From: an uncultured Gammaproteobacteria bacterium
GTDB lineage: Bacteria > Patescibacteriota > Patescibacteriia > Patescibacteriales > GWC2-42-12
Direction of reading: 5' to 3'
Length of the DNA: 64,000 nucleotides
Assembly: GCA_964467155.1 (NCBI GenBank)
Contig: CAYXNZ010000005.1
Span: forward strand, 2,059 to 66,058
The position numbers and the translations under genes were made by a program. The notes under the pieces were generated by a model. It was not told where the DNA came from, ran no database searches, and saw nothing but the letters and a program-made list of their open reading frames with translations. Shown here one piece after another: positions 1 to 9,807 of this stretch; position 1 is the stretch's first letter; the number at the start of each line of letters is the position of its first letter.

Positions 1-204
1 ATTCGTGACGCTATTGGCATTAGACGATATCTTGGTCAACACGGCCGAACGTTAAACGTGTTAGTAAAAGATTTACGCGATGATAATGTATTGGAAGAAA
101 ATTATCCACGTTTACTTGAAAAAATTGGACACACACCGATACAAGTTTTAATAGGTTCAATGATAGGTTTTATTACCAGTATTATTGGATATTTTATTTT
201 TTAA
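1..204 (+). CDS. DUF212 / divergent PAP2-family membrane protein, C-terminal 67 aa (5' end outside window)
   Basis: Frame 1 is open from base 1 to the TAA at 202-204. The translation ...NYPRLLEKIGHTPIQVLIGSMIGFITSIIGYFIF has the GHTP-x-QV-x-x-G motif and terminal hydrophobic helix typical of this family (recognised by eye). Confidence 0.5.
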   Translation: MRDAIGIRRYLGQHGRTLNVLVKDLRDDNVLEENYPRLLEKIGHTPIQVLIGSMIGFITSIIGYFIF

Positions 205-224
205 ATCCATTATAATCATATCAT

Positions 225-258
225 AAAACCGCCCCTTTAATAAAGAGCGGTTTTTTTA
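225..258. terminator. Bidirectional rho-independent terminator between convergent genes
   Basis: aaaaccgcccctttaataaagagcggttttttt forms a stem (accgc/gcggt plus an inner imperfect stem) flanked by an A-run and a T-run. Confidence 0.55.
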
Positions 259-270
259 TTTTTCAATATA

Positions 271-2991
271 TTATTCTGCCATAAAAGTATATCGACAATA
301 GACAGTTGTACAACAACCAACCCCTTGAGCCCAAATTTGCGCATAAGGCAAATAATTACCAGCTCTAATGCCGGCTGTGCCTGGATATCCATATGTAGCA
401 GATAGCCAAGAAGAATCGTCATAGCTTGTACTATTCCACCCACTTCCTGGAGAGGTTGTACATTTCCAGTTAGTTAGTTCATTTGTAGTCATACTACTGC
501 AACTACCTCTATTGAGAGTAGCTGAAACACCGTATAAAGCACCCCAATCTGTAGCTTTAGTAGATATTACATTTTTCCCTGGTTGTATGGTGACCTCAAA
601 CTCTTGAACTGAACTCCAATCACACGCACTACTAACATATTGTCCATTAAAATAGGTTTCATGGCAATTATCAGCGCATACTTGAATGCCAGCTGTGGAC
701 GGACAACACCTGCCAGCACTACACATATTTGGAGAAACACAAGTACCACAATTTATTGTACCCGTACAACCGTCACTATAAGTTCCACACTCATAACCAA
801 GCGAAGCACAAGTTATTGGCGTACAACAAACTCCACAATCATCAGCATTAACATCGCACTCCTCATCTCCATTACATGTGTCATCACCATACCATTCATT
901 TGGATTAACCGTAATCATAAAATCAGTTTGAGCAATGGCACCACAGAGATTAATTGCAATAACAGTAATAGTATAAGTGCCTAGATCGTTAGTATTGTCG
1001 GTTGGCGTACCTTGAATAACACCAGAGTTTTGGTCAATAGATAACCAAGCTGGGTTATTAACTAAACTGTAAATAACCGTATTGTCTGTATTGGCGACCG
1101 AGGCTGTAGCATTAAATTGGGTTGGGCCATAATAGAGCGGTAAGGTAGCGTTATTTGGATAGACATAGATGGTGGTATTGTTAATCGGATTAACATTAAA
1201 TTGTTCGTCTACAACATTAAGTGTGAAAGTTTTGATGCCTTGGGCTGAATATGGTGGGATGGTTTGATTGTAGAACTGGTCTTGGACAATTGCTTCTATC
1301 GGGTATTCACCTGTGATAATTGGCTGACCGGTTATTCTGTTGTTGGTAGTATCAAAATTTAAATTTAGTGGTAGATTGTTGACTTGATAGTTGTCAATCG
1401 AATGACCGTCAGGATCAGTTGCTACGATTGCCTGCTCGTAATTAATGCAGGCTGTTGCTTGAGTCAGATTGTCAGTTGCAATATTCGGTGGATTATTTTT
1501 GACTGTGATAGTAAAATTAATTGGTACTGATTGACCTTGATAACTATCTTGGGCGGTTAATGTAATATTGTAATCCTTGGTTTGGTCTATCGGTACACCA
1601 GTTATTTGATAATCATGTTGATTGACTACTGTGCCAGTTAAACCACTAGGTAATCCTGATACTTCAAATGTTAATGGATATTGACTATCAGTCTCACTGG
1701 CAATAATGGTTAGATTAAAATTATGACCAATTATTATCTCTTGATTAGCTGGTTGCATAATAATCGGTACATTATCGTTAGTTGTTTTGATATAGTAATT
1801 TTTACTGACTTGTCCGTTCTCACGACTATCGTTAATTGTAATAGTGACTTGGCAATCACCGGCTATACCAGCTGAATCTGCTTTAATTTCTTTTTGGCTG
1901 GCAACTTGTGTATTCTCTAGCATAATATTTTCCCACATATCACAACCTGACATTGGTTCAATACTCCAATTTAAATAATCACCGTCAGGGTCACTAGCTT
2001 CAATATATGATTTACTGTAGGCAAAACCTGAATGAGCTTTAGCTAAATTATCACCCATAAATATTGGCTGATTATTTTCAATAATAAATATCTGCTCAAC
2101 TGCACTGATAGCGCAAGCGCCTAGGTCTAGGTTTGTAATGAAACCTGACTCCATAACTCCACATATACCGGTTAAACCTATGCCTTCAGTTGAATAGACA
2201 TAGACTTGGCTATTCTCTGGTAAATCATCTGGAATAGAACCAGAGAATTCTTTAGTATCGCTATCCCAACAGGTTGTTTCGTCATAGCCTTCGCAGGAAC
2301 CTAACTCGTTAACAGGATCAATCGGCAACACTATGCCCAATTCAGTCGCTAGATTATCTTGCCAACTTGGCCAAGTTGAGAGAGTCTTATTTGGCAAATA
2401 ACTACCTGATTCTAATTGAGGATAATGTCCACGAATCTCTTTGTAATTTTCTAATGCCCTATTAATCTCAACCATATCAGATAATCTTCTGGTATCTCTG
2501 ATAGTTTTAGCTTTCTGACTCAAGCAGTATTCATTGATTGGACAATTGCCATTGGTCAGACAAATAATATCATTTGACTGGCTACAAATGCCTGGCTCAA
2601 CTAAATTAGTATTAAATTTCCAATGAGATAATATTTGACCAAAAATATCAGTCGTGGCTGTTTCGGCTGATTGGTTATATGAAATAATATATATATTGGT
2701 GTAGAGATCGCTACTGACTGAGACATTGGCAGCATTAACATAAACAGTCCGACCATCGCGAACTGCTTCATAACCATCAACTGTTATTGACTGAGGTGAA
2801 CCATCAAACCCTTGTTCATTGTACCAACGATAGGCGCTATAGTGTTCGCTATTTGGCATCACCCGTAAACCAATAGCGTCTGGCGAAGTGGCGGCAGATA
2901 CTAGAAATGAATAAAAGAAAAATAGTCCAAATACCACTAAAAATATGGATAATAATTTATATTTATTTTTAGTAAAAAATAAATTCAGCAT
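271..2991 (-). CDS. Large secreted surface/adhesin-like protein, paralogue A (shared N-terminal module with a pilin-like segment, Ig-like repeats, Cys-rich block, C-terminal jelly-roll lectin-like domain)
   Basis: 906-aa ORF with an N-terminal hydrophobic signal/anchor. Residues ~35-295 are near-identical to the 3895-7287 product. The RDTRRLSDMVEINRALENYK..GHYP segment resembles the start of the type IV pilin globular domain. It has repeated Ig-like modules. The C-terminal pattern CADNCHETYFNGQYV...GKNVISTKATDWG resembles galactose-binding-like jelly rolls. Confidence 0.75.
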   Translation of the reverse strand: MLNLFFTKNKYKLLSIFLVVFGLFFFYSFLVSAATSPDAIGLRVMPNSEHYSAYRWYNEQGFDGSPQSITVDGYEAVRDGRTVYVNAANVSVSSDLYTNIYIISYNQSAETATTDIFGQILSHWKFNTNLVEPGICSQSNDIICLTNGNCPINEYCLSQKAKTIRDTRRLSDMVEINRALENYKEIRGHYPQLESGSYLPNKTLSTWPSWQDNLATELGIVLPIDPVNELGSCEGYDETTCWDSDTKEFSGSIPDDLPENSQVYVYSTEGIGLTGICGVMESGFITNLDLGACAISAVEQIFIIENNQPIFMGDNLAKAHSGFAYSKSYIEASDPDGDYLNWSIEPMSGCDMWENIMLENTQVASQKEIKADSAGIAGDCQVTITINDSRENGQVSKNYYIKTTNDNVPIIMQPANQEIIIGHNFNLTIIASETDSQYPLTFEVSGLPSGLTGTVVNQHDYQITGVPIDQTKDYNITLTAQDSYQGQSVPINFTITVKNNPPNIATDNLTQATACINYEQAIVATDPDGHSIDNYQVNNLPLNLNFDTTNNRITGQPIITGEYPIEAIVQDQFYNQTIPPYSAQGIKTFTLNVVDEQFNVNPINNTTIYVYPNNATLPLYYGPTQFNATASVANTDNTVIYSLVNNPAWLSIDQNSGVIQGTPTDNTNDLGTYTITVIAINLCGAIAQTDFMITVNPNEWYGDDTCNGDEECDVNADDCGVCCTPITCASLGYECGTYSDGCTGTINCGTCVSPNMCSAGRCCPSTAGIQVCADNCHETYFNGQYVSSACDWSSVQEFEVTIQPGKNVISTKATDWGALYGVSATLNRGSCSSMTTNELTNWKCTTSPGSGWNSTSYDDSSWLSATYGYPGTAGIRAGNYLPYAQIWAQGVGCCTTVYCRYTFMAE

Positions 2992-3025
2992 AACAATATA
3001 TCAATTAGCTATGTTTATTATAACA

Positions 3026-3060
3026 CAAAAACCGTCGCTTACATAAAGGACGGTTTTTTA
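3026..3060 (-). terminator. Rho-independent terminator downstream of the 3084-3902 gene
   Basis: aaaaaccgtc-N12-gacggtttttt hairpin with flanking A/T runs. Confidence 0.55.
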
Positions 3061-3083
3061 TTTAAAAAAGTGAATATCAAGAC

Positions 3084-3902
3084 TTACAACTTCCCTTCTC
3101 CGTTTGGGTTATAGCCGTTTTTCACTTCATCACCATCATTATAACCATCACCGTCAGTATCGGGATTGTTGGGGTCAGTTTTATATTTACTTAATTCATC
3201 AATATCAATCAGATCGTCTTCATCAGAATCAATCTTGAACGGATTTGTTCCATATGACCTCTCTTCGCTGTCTGATAGCCCATCACTATCACTATCTTTC
3301 GGTTTATTAATAATTATATTTTTACAATCAGCGCTCAAAGCAATATCACTCATACTGTTACACAATTCAACATCGTTATTTTTATAAGCTATTTTTTTAT
3401 TTATGATATCTTCACAATTCATTTTTTCTTTACCTTCAAAATCAACACAATTACCTATGTCATCCCATTCCCTAAAAAAACTATCCAGACATTGTTGATA
3501 AAATTTATTTACTATTAAAGATTTACAACGAACAACATCTCCTGTTATGACAATTTCTTGGTATATAAAATATTCATAACATTCTTTTTGTATATCTTCG
3601 TTTTGAATCTCTTCGCATAATTCCTTCTTCTGATTAAAACTAGCGACAATATAAATACACTCATCGGGATCGTCTTGCTCCATCTGATAACAATATTCTA
3701 TATTATTTTCTTTTCTTGCTTTTTTTCCAATTTCATAATCACTAAGCTGTTCTTCCTCTACTTGCAAAATGTCTGTCTGAATTACGCCTGTTTTTTTTAA
3801 GTCTTTCTTGTAAAACACAAAAACAGTCATCACTAAAAATAATGATAAAAATATGACAATTAAAATTATAATTTTTTGTTTTCTTTGCATAAATTTAATC
3901 AC
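3084..3902 (-). CDS. Membrane-anchored Cys-rich protein with C-terminal thrombospondin type-3-like Ca-binding repeats
   Basis: 272-aa ORF with an N-terminal TM helix (IIILIVIFLSLFLVMTVFVF). Cys pairs recur through the middle. The C-terminal acidic repeats DSDSDGLSDSEE / DSDEDDLIDIDE / DPNNPDTDGDGYNDGDE match the DxDxDG TSP3-type pattern. Its start overlaps the upstream gene's stop by 8 nt. Confidence 0.7.
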   Translation of the reverse strand: MIKFMQRKQKIIILIVIFLSLFLVMTVFVFYKKDLKKTGVIQTDILQVEEEQLSDYEIGKKARKENNIEYCYQMEQDDPDECIYIVASFNQKKELCEEIQNEDIQKECYEYFIYQEIVITGDVVRCKSLIVNKFYQQCLDSFFREWDDIGNCVDFEGKEKMNCEDIINKKIAYKNNDVELCNSMSDIALSADCKNIIINKPKDSDSDGLSDSEERSYGTNPFKIDSDEDDLIDIDELSKYKTDPNNPDTDGDGYNDGDEVKNGYNPNGEGKL

Positions 3903-6900
3903 AATTCATTTTTAAACCCCATAAAACTGGAGTAATACCTTTTTCGCTTGAACGCATTTTAATTTTTATCTGCGCATATCTGCCTTTTCTAATATCATCA
4001 TTATATTCTAGACTATTCCATGTCTGTGTAGTGACCCAGTTGAAATTATTCAAGTTACTGTCATTACTTGCCCTGACAAATATCTCAATACTTTGTTTTT
4101 CAGAAGTCATAATTGCTTCCCAGCTAATATCACCCCAGTGCTGATTAACAAAACCACTATCAAAAGTATCTTCCCATACTCCGGACCTTAAAAGTAACGC
4201 TCTATTCAAACCGGTCATGTCGCTATAAGAATAAGTCGTCGAAGGTGCTCCGTCTTCATACGCTTTAAATACTCTCAAACCATCTGTGCCTATTGTAGCA
4301 TTACTCACAGTACTATTAGCACCTAAAATATTCCCACCAGAGTCAAGTACTCTTATTGTTCCTGAGGAATTATTCACAACCCAAATATTTCCTTGTGAAT
4401 CTCCGCACGCGCCATGCGCGTCAGAGCCGCCGCTGTTTATGCGAAACACATAGTCTAATCCGGCAGGATGATTACCAGGAGAAATTTTTAATATCCCGTT
4501 ATTGGTATACGTACTGGGCCATATATTATTATTTAAATCAACCGTAATACCTAGGCCATTGTATCCTGTGCCAAAATAATTTACACCACCTGTTGATGAA
4601 TTTAATCTTATAGCTCCGTGTCCACCATTATACCCACCAAGCCAAACATTATCATCCAAATCAATTGTAATGCCATAACCTCCACCGGCAGGATAGTGAG
4701 TGGTTGTAAAATTATTATTCACGTCTATTTTTGTAGCTCCGTTAGTACCATGAGAAGACCAGATATTACCATTACTATCAATTGCTAATCCGTAAGAACC
4801 TACATTAATCGTTTTTAAAATTTCACAATGCGTGTCATCTCCTGAAATTTTAACAACACCACCGCCAGAGTAATTACCGACCCAGACATCTCCGTTCTTT
4901 TCAATTGCCACACCTCTTGGTCCAGATCCCGTAGCGCAAGTTTTTAAGTGCACTCCATTAATATCAAGCTTTGTCACATTTCCTGAATTTCTGTTAGCAA
5001 TCCAAATGTCTCCTGTCTCTACATTAACAGCTGTTCTCGACGGATTAGATCCGACATTATAAGTGCCGATCAATTGTCCCATTTTTTCCCATGTTCCATC
5101 TACCCACCAACAATCAACCGTACCATCAGTATTTCTTTTACAATCTCTTTTTGGACCGTCAAAAGTTCTCAATTTAGCTACCTTTTCAATGCCACTGTTA
5201 GCTATCCATATATACGGTGTAGGCATTACGCCTAATAATTTTAAATATTCACCTTCGTTTACATCTTCTACGTGACTAGAGTTATTGTCGTCATCATACA
5301 CCACTCCATCGCCTCTACCATTATTAAAATCTATATCCATCGCTTTACATGTCCACTGACAAGTATCACTACAAGCATCAATATTTTCAGTATTTCCATC
5401 TTCACAAACTTCTTCATCACCTTCATCATTAGGGTTTTGCTGTAAACCATCACCGCAATAAGTTTTTACCCAAAGCTCATAATTCTGTCTACCCACTGCA
5501 TCATATTGATCTATGGCCTCCAAGTCTATTTCATAACGTCCGATTGGAACACTAGCTATGCCATCCACCAAGCCAGTTGAACTATCGATATTTAAATCAG
5601 ATATACGCCTATCGCCAAAACGATATTGAGTTATCAAATGATTGTCCTGACTATCTGTTGCTTCAACATCATAACTGTAATAATTTCCTACTCGCACCTC
5701 AGTAACAGGTGTGGTGGTAAAGATTGGTGGATTATTGACTACTGTTATAGTAAAATCTTCTTCACTGGAAGCTCCGTAATTATCAGTCACTGAAATATTC
5801 AATTGATAATCAGTGTCTTGAGGGTATGAACCGACGGGAATACCATCAATTTGAAAAGTGTTATCATCAATTTTTTGTCCTGACAAACCTTGCGGTAATT
5901 GCCCTAAAATATTAAAAGTTAATGGGTAATGATTATCATAATCAGTTGCTCTGATTGTAAAAGGATTGACAACAAAATCATTGTGTCCAGCAACCACAGA
6001 TGCACTATTAACTTCAATGACTGGCGGTTGATTAGTAACAACTACTCTAAAATTTATGTTATCTATACCGCCACGGCCATCATTAACCGTGACTGAAAAA
6101 TAATATTCCCCCGCTTGTCCAACTGATTGAACATAAATCTTTTTTATGTTAGACACTTCGGTGTTCTGTCTTTCTGGAACAGATGACCATTGACTATCTA
6201 TCCAATTATTAAGATTCCCGGCATTAATTTCCCACAAAGAGATTGGCGACAAGTCATCGTTATCTGGATCAAAAGCAGACAGAAAATATTCTAATTTCTG
6301 ACCAGCAACTAAATTAATCACTGCGTATCCAGCCCTTAAACCGCTAGTTGGTAGCTGAATTATCGGTGGATGATTTTCTATCTGTTCAAAATATTCAATT
6401 GTACTTTGAGCGCAGACATTATTCTGCGATGTATCAAAATATCCTGACTCCATAACACTGCAACCACTGTAACTTGAACCATCAGACGAAACGTCAAAAA
6501 CATAAGCTTGGCTGTTTTCAGGCAGATTATCTGGGATTGAACCGGCGAATTCTTTTATTTCGCTATTCCAGCAGGTAGTTTCGTCATAATCATCACAAGT
6601 CCCGAGTTTATTAATTGGATCAACTGGCAACACTATGCCCAATTCAGTCGCTAGATTATCTTGCCAACTGGGCCAAGTTGAGAGAGTCTTATTCGGCAAA
6701 TAGCTACCTGATTCTAATTTAGGATAATAACCATGAATTGCTTTGTAATTTTCTAATGCCCTATTAATCTCAACCATATCGGATAATCTTCTAGTATCTC
6801 TAATTGTTTTAGCTTTCTGACTCAAACAATATTCATTGATTGGACAATTGTCATTAGTCAGACAAACAACATCGCTTGATTGGCTACACATGCCAGGCTC

Positions 6901-7287
6901 GGTTAGATTAGTATTGAATTTCCAATGAGATAATATTTGACCAAAAATATCGGTCGTGGCTGATTCGGCTGATTGGTTATATGAGATGATGTATATATTA
7001 GTGTAGAGATCCCCCGTAGTTGAAACGTTGGCAGCATTAACATAAACAGTCCGACCATCGCGAACTGCTTCATAACCATCAACTGTTATTGACTGAGGTG
7101 AACCATCAAACCCTTGTTCATTGTACCAACGATAGGCGCTATAGTGTTCGTTGTTTGGCATTACACGTAAACCAATAGCGTCGGGCGAAGTAGTAGCTTG
7201 TCCAATAGAATTATTTAACAATAAAAACCCTAGTAGCAATAATGTAAAAAGTATTAATTTAAAACAATTTTTATTTTTTAAATTCAT
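3895..7287 (-). CDS. Large secreted surface/adhesin-like protein, paralogue B (shared N-terminal module, Ig-like repeats, CGDG Cys-rich repeat, beta-propeller)
   Basis: 1130-aa ORF with a signal peptide and the same N-terminal ~260-aa module as 271-2991. It has a YCGDG...EVCEDGN Cys-rich repeat. A run of NHL/Vgb-like propeller blades follows (GDIWIANRNSGNVTKLD, GNIWVVNNSSGTIRVLD, DNVWLGGYNGG). Confidence 0.75.
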   Translation of the reverse strand: MNLKNKNCFKLILFTLLLLGFLLLNNSIGQATTSPDAIGLRVMPNNEHYSAYRWYNEQGFDGSPQSITVDGYEAVRDGRTVYVNAANVSTTGDLYTNIYIISYNQSAESATTDIFGQILSHWKFNTNLTEPGMCSQSSDVVCLTNDNCPINEYCLSQKAKTIRDTRRLSDMVEINRALENYKAIHGYYPKLESGSYLPNKTLSTWPSWQDNLATELGIVLPVDPINKLGTCDDYDETTCWNSEIKEFAGSIPDNLPENSQAYVFDVSSDGSSYSGCSVMESGYFDTSQNNVCAQSTIEYFEQIENHPPIIQLPTSGLRAGYAVINLVAGQKLEYFLSAFDPDNDDLSPISLWEINAGNLNNWIDSQWSSVPERQNTEVSNIKKIYVQSVGQAGEYYFSVTVNDGRGGIDNINFRVVVTNQPPVIEVNSASVVAGHNDFVVNPFTIRATDYDNHYPLTFNILGQLPQGLSGQKIDDNTFQIDGIPVGSYPQDTDYQLNISVTDNYGASSEEDFTITVVNNPPIFTTTPVTEVRVGNYYSYDVEATDSQDNHLITQYRFGDRRISDLNIDSSTGLVDGIASVPIGRYEIDLEAIDQYDAVGRQNYELWVKTYCGDGLQQNPNDEGDEEVCEDGNTENIDACSDTCQWTCKAMDIDFNNGRGDGVVYDDDNNSSHVEDVNEGEYLKLLGVMPTPYIWIANSGIEKVAKLRTFDGPKRDCKRNTDGTVDCWWVDGTWEKMGQLIGTYNVGSNPSRTAVNVETGDIWIANRNSGNVTKLDINGVHLKTCATGSGPRGVAIEKNGDVWVGNYSGGGVVKISGDDTHCEILKTINVGSYGLAIDSNGNIWSSHGTNGATKIDVNNNFTTTHYPAGGGYGITIDLDDNVWLGGYNGGHGAIRLNSSTGGVNYFGTGYNGLGITVDLNNNIWPSTYTNNGILKISPGNHPAGLDYVFRINSGGSDAHGACGDSQGNIWVVNNSSGTIRVLDSGGNILGANSTVSNATIGTDGLRVFKAYEDGAPSTTYSYSDMTGLNRALLLRSGVWEDTFDSGFVNQHWGDISWEAIMTSEKQSIEIFVRASNDSNLNNFNWVTTQTWNSLEYNDDIRKGRYAQIKIKMRSSEKGITPVLWGLKMNCD

Positions 7288-7291
7288 ATAA

Positions 7292-8149
7292 CTATTTTTG
7301 ACATTTAGGACAATAATGAGTTCCTCTTCCGCCTAGTTTTATTTTTAAAATAATTGAACCACATTTTTTACATCGCTCCCCTGCCCGACCATAAACTTTT
7401 AAAAATCTACTAAAATTACCCTTGTCCCCTTTTGTATCAATGTAATTATTAAATATAGTTCCTCTATATTTTATTGCTAATTTTAATTTTTTTCTTATGG
7501 CTTGTAATAATTTTTTTATCTCAGCATCCTTTAAGCTATCCACTCTTCTTGAAGGATTTATACCAGCTTCAAATAAAGATTCGTCAGTATAAATATTACC
7601 TATGCCAGCAATTATTTTTTGATCCAACAATGTTTGTTTAATAGTAGACCTCTTTTTATGTTTTAAAATTAATTTAAATTTAAAAAAATCAAATTCTTTA
7701 TCCAGGGGTTCAATACCTAATTTATCTAATATACATTTCAACTCTTGTTCTTTGAATAATTTTACCCAGCCAAAACGTCTCTGGTCATTAAAATACAAGC
7801 AACTCTTATCTTTAAATTCAATTATTAATCTACTATATTTATTAGGTAAATCTTTTCCGATATTTTTTATAGTATGTCCGCCAGCTATTACTTTTTTTTT
7901 ATCAACAAAAACCAATTGCCCTGTCATTTTTAAATGAATGGTCAAGTAATCTCTTCTCAATTTCATTATAATGAGCTTAGCTCTTCTCTTTACACTTACA
8001 ACTTTCTCATTATTTAATAATTTTATAAATAGATTAGGCTGAATATTGATTGTTTTATTATCAACAATTTCTATTTTTTTAATCGTTTTACCAATAATTT
8101 TCTTTGCCAAGTCGTTTACAATTGTTTCTACCTCTGGCAACTCTGGCAT
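7292..8149 (-). CDS. mutM: Formamidopyrimidine-DNA glycosylase (Fpg/MutM)
   Basis: N-terminal MPELPEVE catalytic motif, H2TH region and a C-terminal zinc finger CKKCG...THYCPKCQ. Confidence 0.9.
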   Translation of the reverse strand: MPELPEVETIVNDLAKKIIGKTIKKIEIVDNKTINIQPNLFIKLLNNEKVVSVKRRAKLIIMKLRRDYLTIHLKMTGQLVFVDKKKVIAGGHTIKNIGKDLPNKYSRLIIEFKDKSCLYFNDQRRFGWVKLFKEQELKCILDKLGIEPLDKEFDFFKFKLILKHKKRSTIKQTLLDQKIIAGIGNIYTDESLFEAGINPSRRVDSLKDAEIKKLLQAIRKKLKLAIKYRGTIFNNYIDTKGDKGNFSRFLKVYGRAGERCKKCGSIILKIKLGGRGTHYCPKCQK

Positions 8150-8153
8150 AAAA

Positions 8154-8723
8154 TTAAATTATTATTTTGCCAAAATGATTATCACTATCAATACCAGCAG
8201 CATTAGCTTCATCTGTGTCAATATGCATAGCTGGTCTATAGTCTTCTCTGACCCTAACCACAACATTTTCAAATATTAAGTCTCTAACACCATCAACATC
8301 AACTTTGACTCTGCTGTTATCTTTTACGCCAAGCTTGCTAGCGGTTTTTGGATCCAAATGGATGTGACGCAGAGCAATAATCACACCTTCGTTCAGTGTT
8401 ACCTCGCCTTTTGGACCAACTATTTTTATACTAGCTGATCCACTTAAATCCCCTGATTCACAGACAGGAGGATTAACACCAAGTTTACAGGCTTCTGTTT
8501 TCGAAATTTCAATTTGAGTTTTATCACGACAAGGACCTAAAACTCTTACTTTTTCTATTTTTCCCTCTGGACCAACAAGGGAAACTGTTTCCTCAGCTGC
8601 AAACTGCCTAGGCTGTGAAAGGTCTTTATATTTTTTGAGTTCATAATCTGCACCAAAAAGTTTTTCCAAATCTTCTTTTGACAAATGTATATGGCGTGCT
8701 GATATTTCAATTGGAATTCTCAT
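8154..8723 (-). CDS. pduL: Phosphate propanoyl/acetyl-transferase PduL
   Basis: Two PduL half-domains with the signature ISARHIHLS and IIALRHIHLD. Length of 189 aa is typical. ATGA overlap with the upstream kinase gene. Confidence 0.85.
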   Translation of the reverse strand: MRIPIEISARHIHLSKEDLEKLFGADYELKKYKDLSQPRQFAAEETVSLVGPEGKIEKVRVLGPCRDKTQIEISKTEACKLGVNPPVCESGDLSGSASIKIVGPKGEVTLNEGVIIALRHIHLDPKTASKLGVKDNSRVKVDVDGVRDLIFENVVVRVREDYRPAMHIDTDEANAAGIDSDNHFGKIII

Positions 8724-9703
8724 AAAACATTTTCTTTATTTAATAATCCATTTTGTGCACCCTGTTGACTGACAACAGACGCTGAATTTTTTGCACCTAA
8801 AATCAATGATTTTTTTATATCACCGTCAAATAATTCTAATCCAGTAACAAAAGATGAATTAAAAGCGTCCCCTACTCCAGTTGTATCTATTCTTTTAGTC
8901 TCTTTAATAATCGCTTGATGATAAAATTTACAACCATCATATGCGTCTGCGCCATACTTTCCGTTAGTAATAACTACTATTTTAGAGCCCCATGATTGCA
9001 AAATTGATAATAAATTTTTTATATTATTTAGATAATCTCTGGATTTTAATTTATTCTTTTTATCCGATAGCACCAACTCTATAGCTTCATCTTTGTTCAA
9101 CATTAATACGTTAGTTTTTTTTATAAACTTTTTAATAATCTGACAACCAGCATCCAGCTGAACATGTCCTGGATTCCAAGCGATTTTAATATCTTTCAAA
9201 GAAAATAATTTTTTTAACAATTCTCCCCAATCACCACTCAAGGAAGTCAAATAAATCCATTTAGTTTTTTTCAATATTTGTAAATCATAATTTGTAATCT
9301 GTAGTTGGCTATTTGCTGCCCGATTAGAAAAAACAATATGTTCATTCTTTTGCCCGACTAGCAAAAAAGAAAAACCACTTTCATAATCTTTTAATTTTTT
9401 AATTAACTTTACGTCTACTTTTTGTTTTTTAAGATTATTTATGATATTTTTTCCCCTATCATCTCGGCCAACTGCTAGTAGACTACCCACTTTAAAACCT
9501 AATTTAGAAAAGCAAACTGCCGTATTAGCTGCACCACCGCCAAATGTGCTGTGAGCACGATTAATTTTCATTTTTGCACCATATTCAAAAGCCAATAATT
9601 TCTGCCTCAAAATATCCTTTTTATTGTTTATTAAAACGCCGTCGTTGGTATAAAAAGTAATATCTTCGGTTGCGCCACCAATAGTTATAAAATCATATTC
9701 CAT
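8720..9703 (-). CDS. PfkB-family carbohydrate kinase (ribokinase-like)
   Basis: N-terminal GGA.N motif (TFGGGAANTAV) and the C-terminal PfkB signature DTTGVGDAFNSSF. Confidence 0.8.
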   Translation of the reverse strand: MEYDFITIGGATEDITFYTNDGVLINNKKDILRQKLLAFEYGAKMKINRAHSTFGGGAANTAVCFSKLGFKVGSLLAVGRDDRGKNIINNLKKQKVDVKLIKKLKDYESGFSFLLVGQKNEHIVFSNRAANSQLQITNYDLQILKKTKWIYLTSLSGDWGELLKKLFSLKDIKIAWNPGHVQLDAGCQIIKKFIKKTNVLMLNKDEAIELVLSDKKNKLKSRDYLNNIKNLLSILQSWGSKIVVITNGKYGADAYDGCKFYHQAIIKETKRIDTTGVGDAFNSSFVTGLELFDGDIKKSLILGAKNSASVVSQQGAQNGLLNKENVL

Positions 9704-9756
9704 AATTATTTTTTATTTTTTATCTTCTTATATTATAACACAAAGTAAACTATAAA

Positions 9757-9785
9757 TAAAAACATCTCAAGTGAGATGTTTTTTC
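9757..9785. terminator. Rho-independent terminator (bidirectional shape)
   Basis: aaaaacatctca-ag-tgagatgtttttt, a 9-bp stem flanked by A and T runs, downstream of the 9808-10740 gene. Confidence 0.6.
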
Positions 9786-9807
9786 TAAAAAAATAAATAG
9801 TATTTAC

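Noticed and set aside
8720-8723. An alternative genetic code (UGA reassignment, as in some CPR lineages).
   Set aside because: TGA functions as a stop in a typical ATGA stop/start overlap (kinase/pduL and again at 32926-32929). All conserved proteins are full-length under the standard code.
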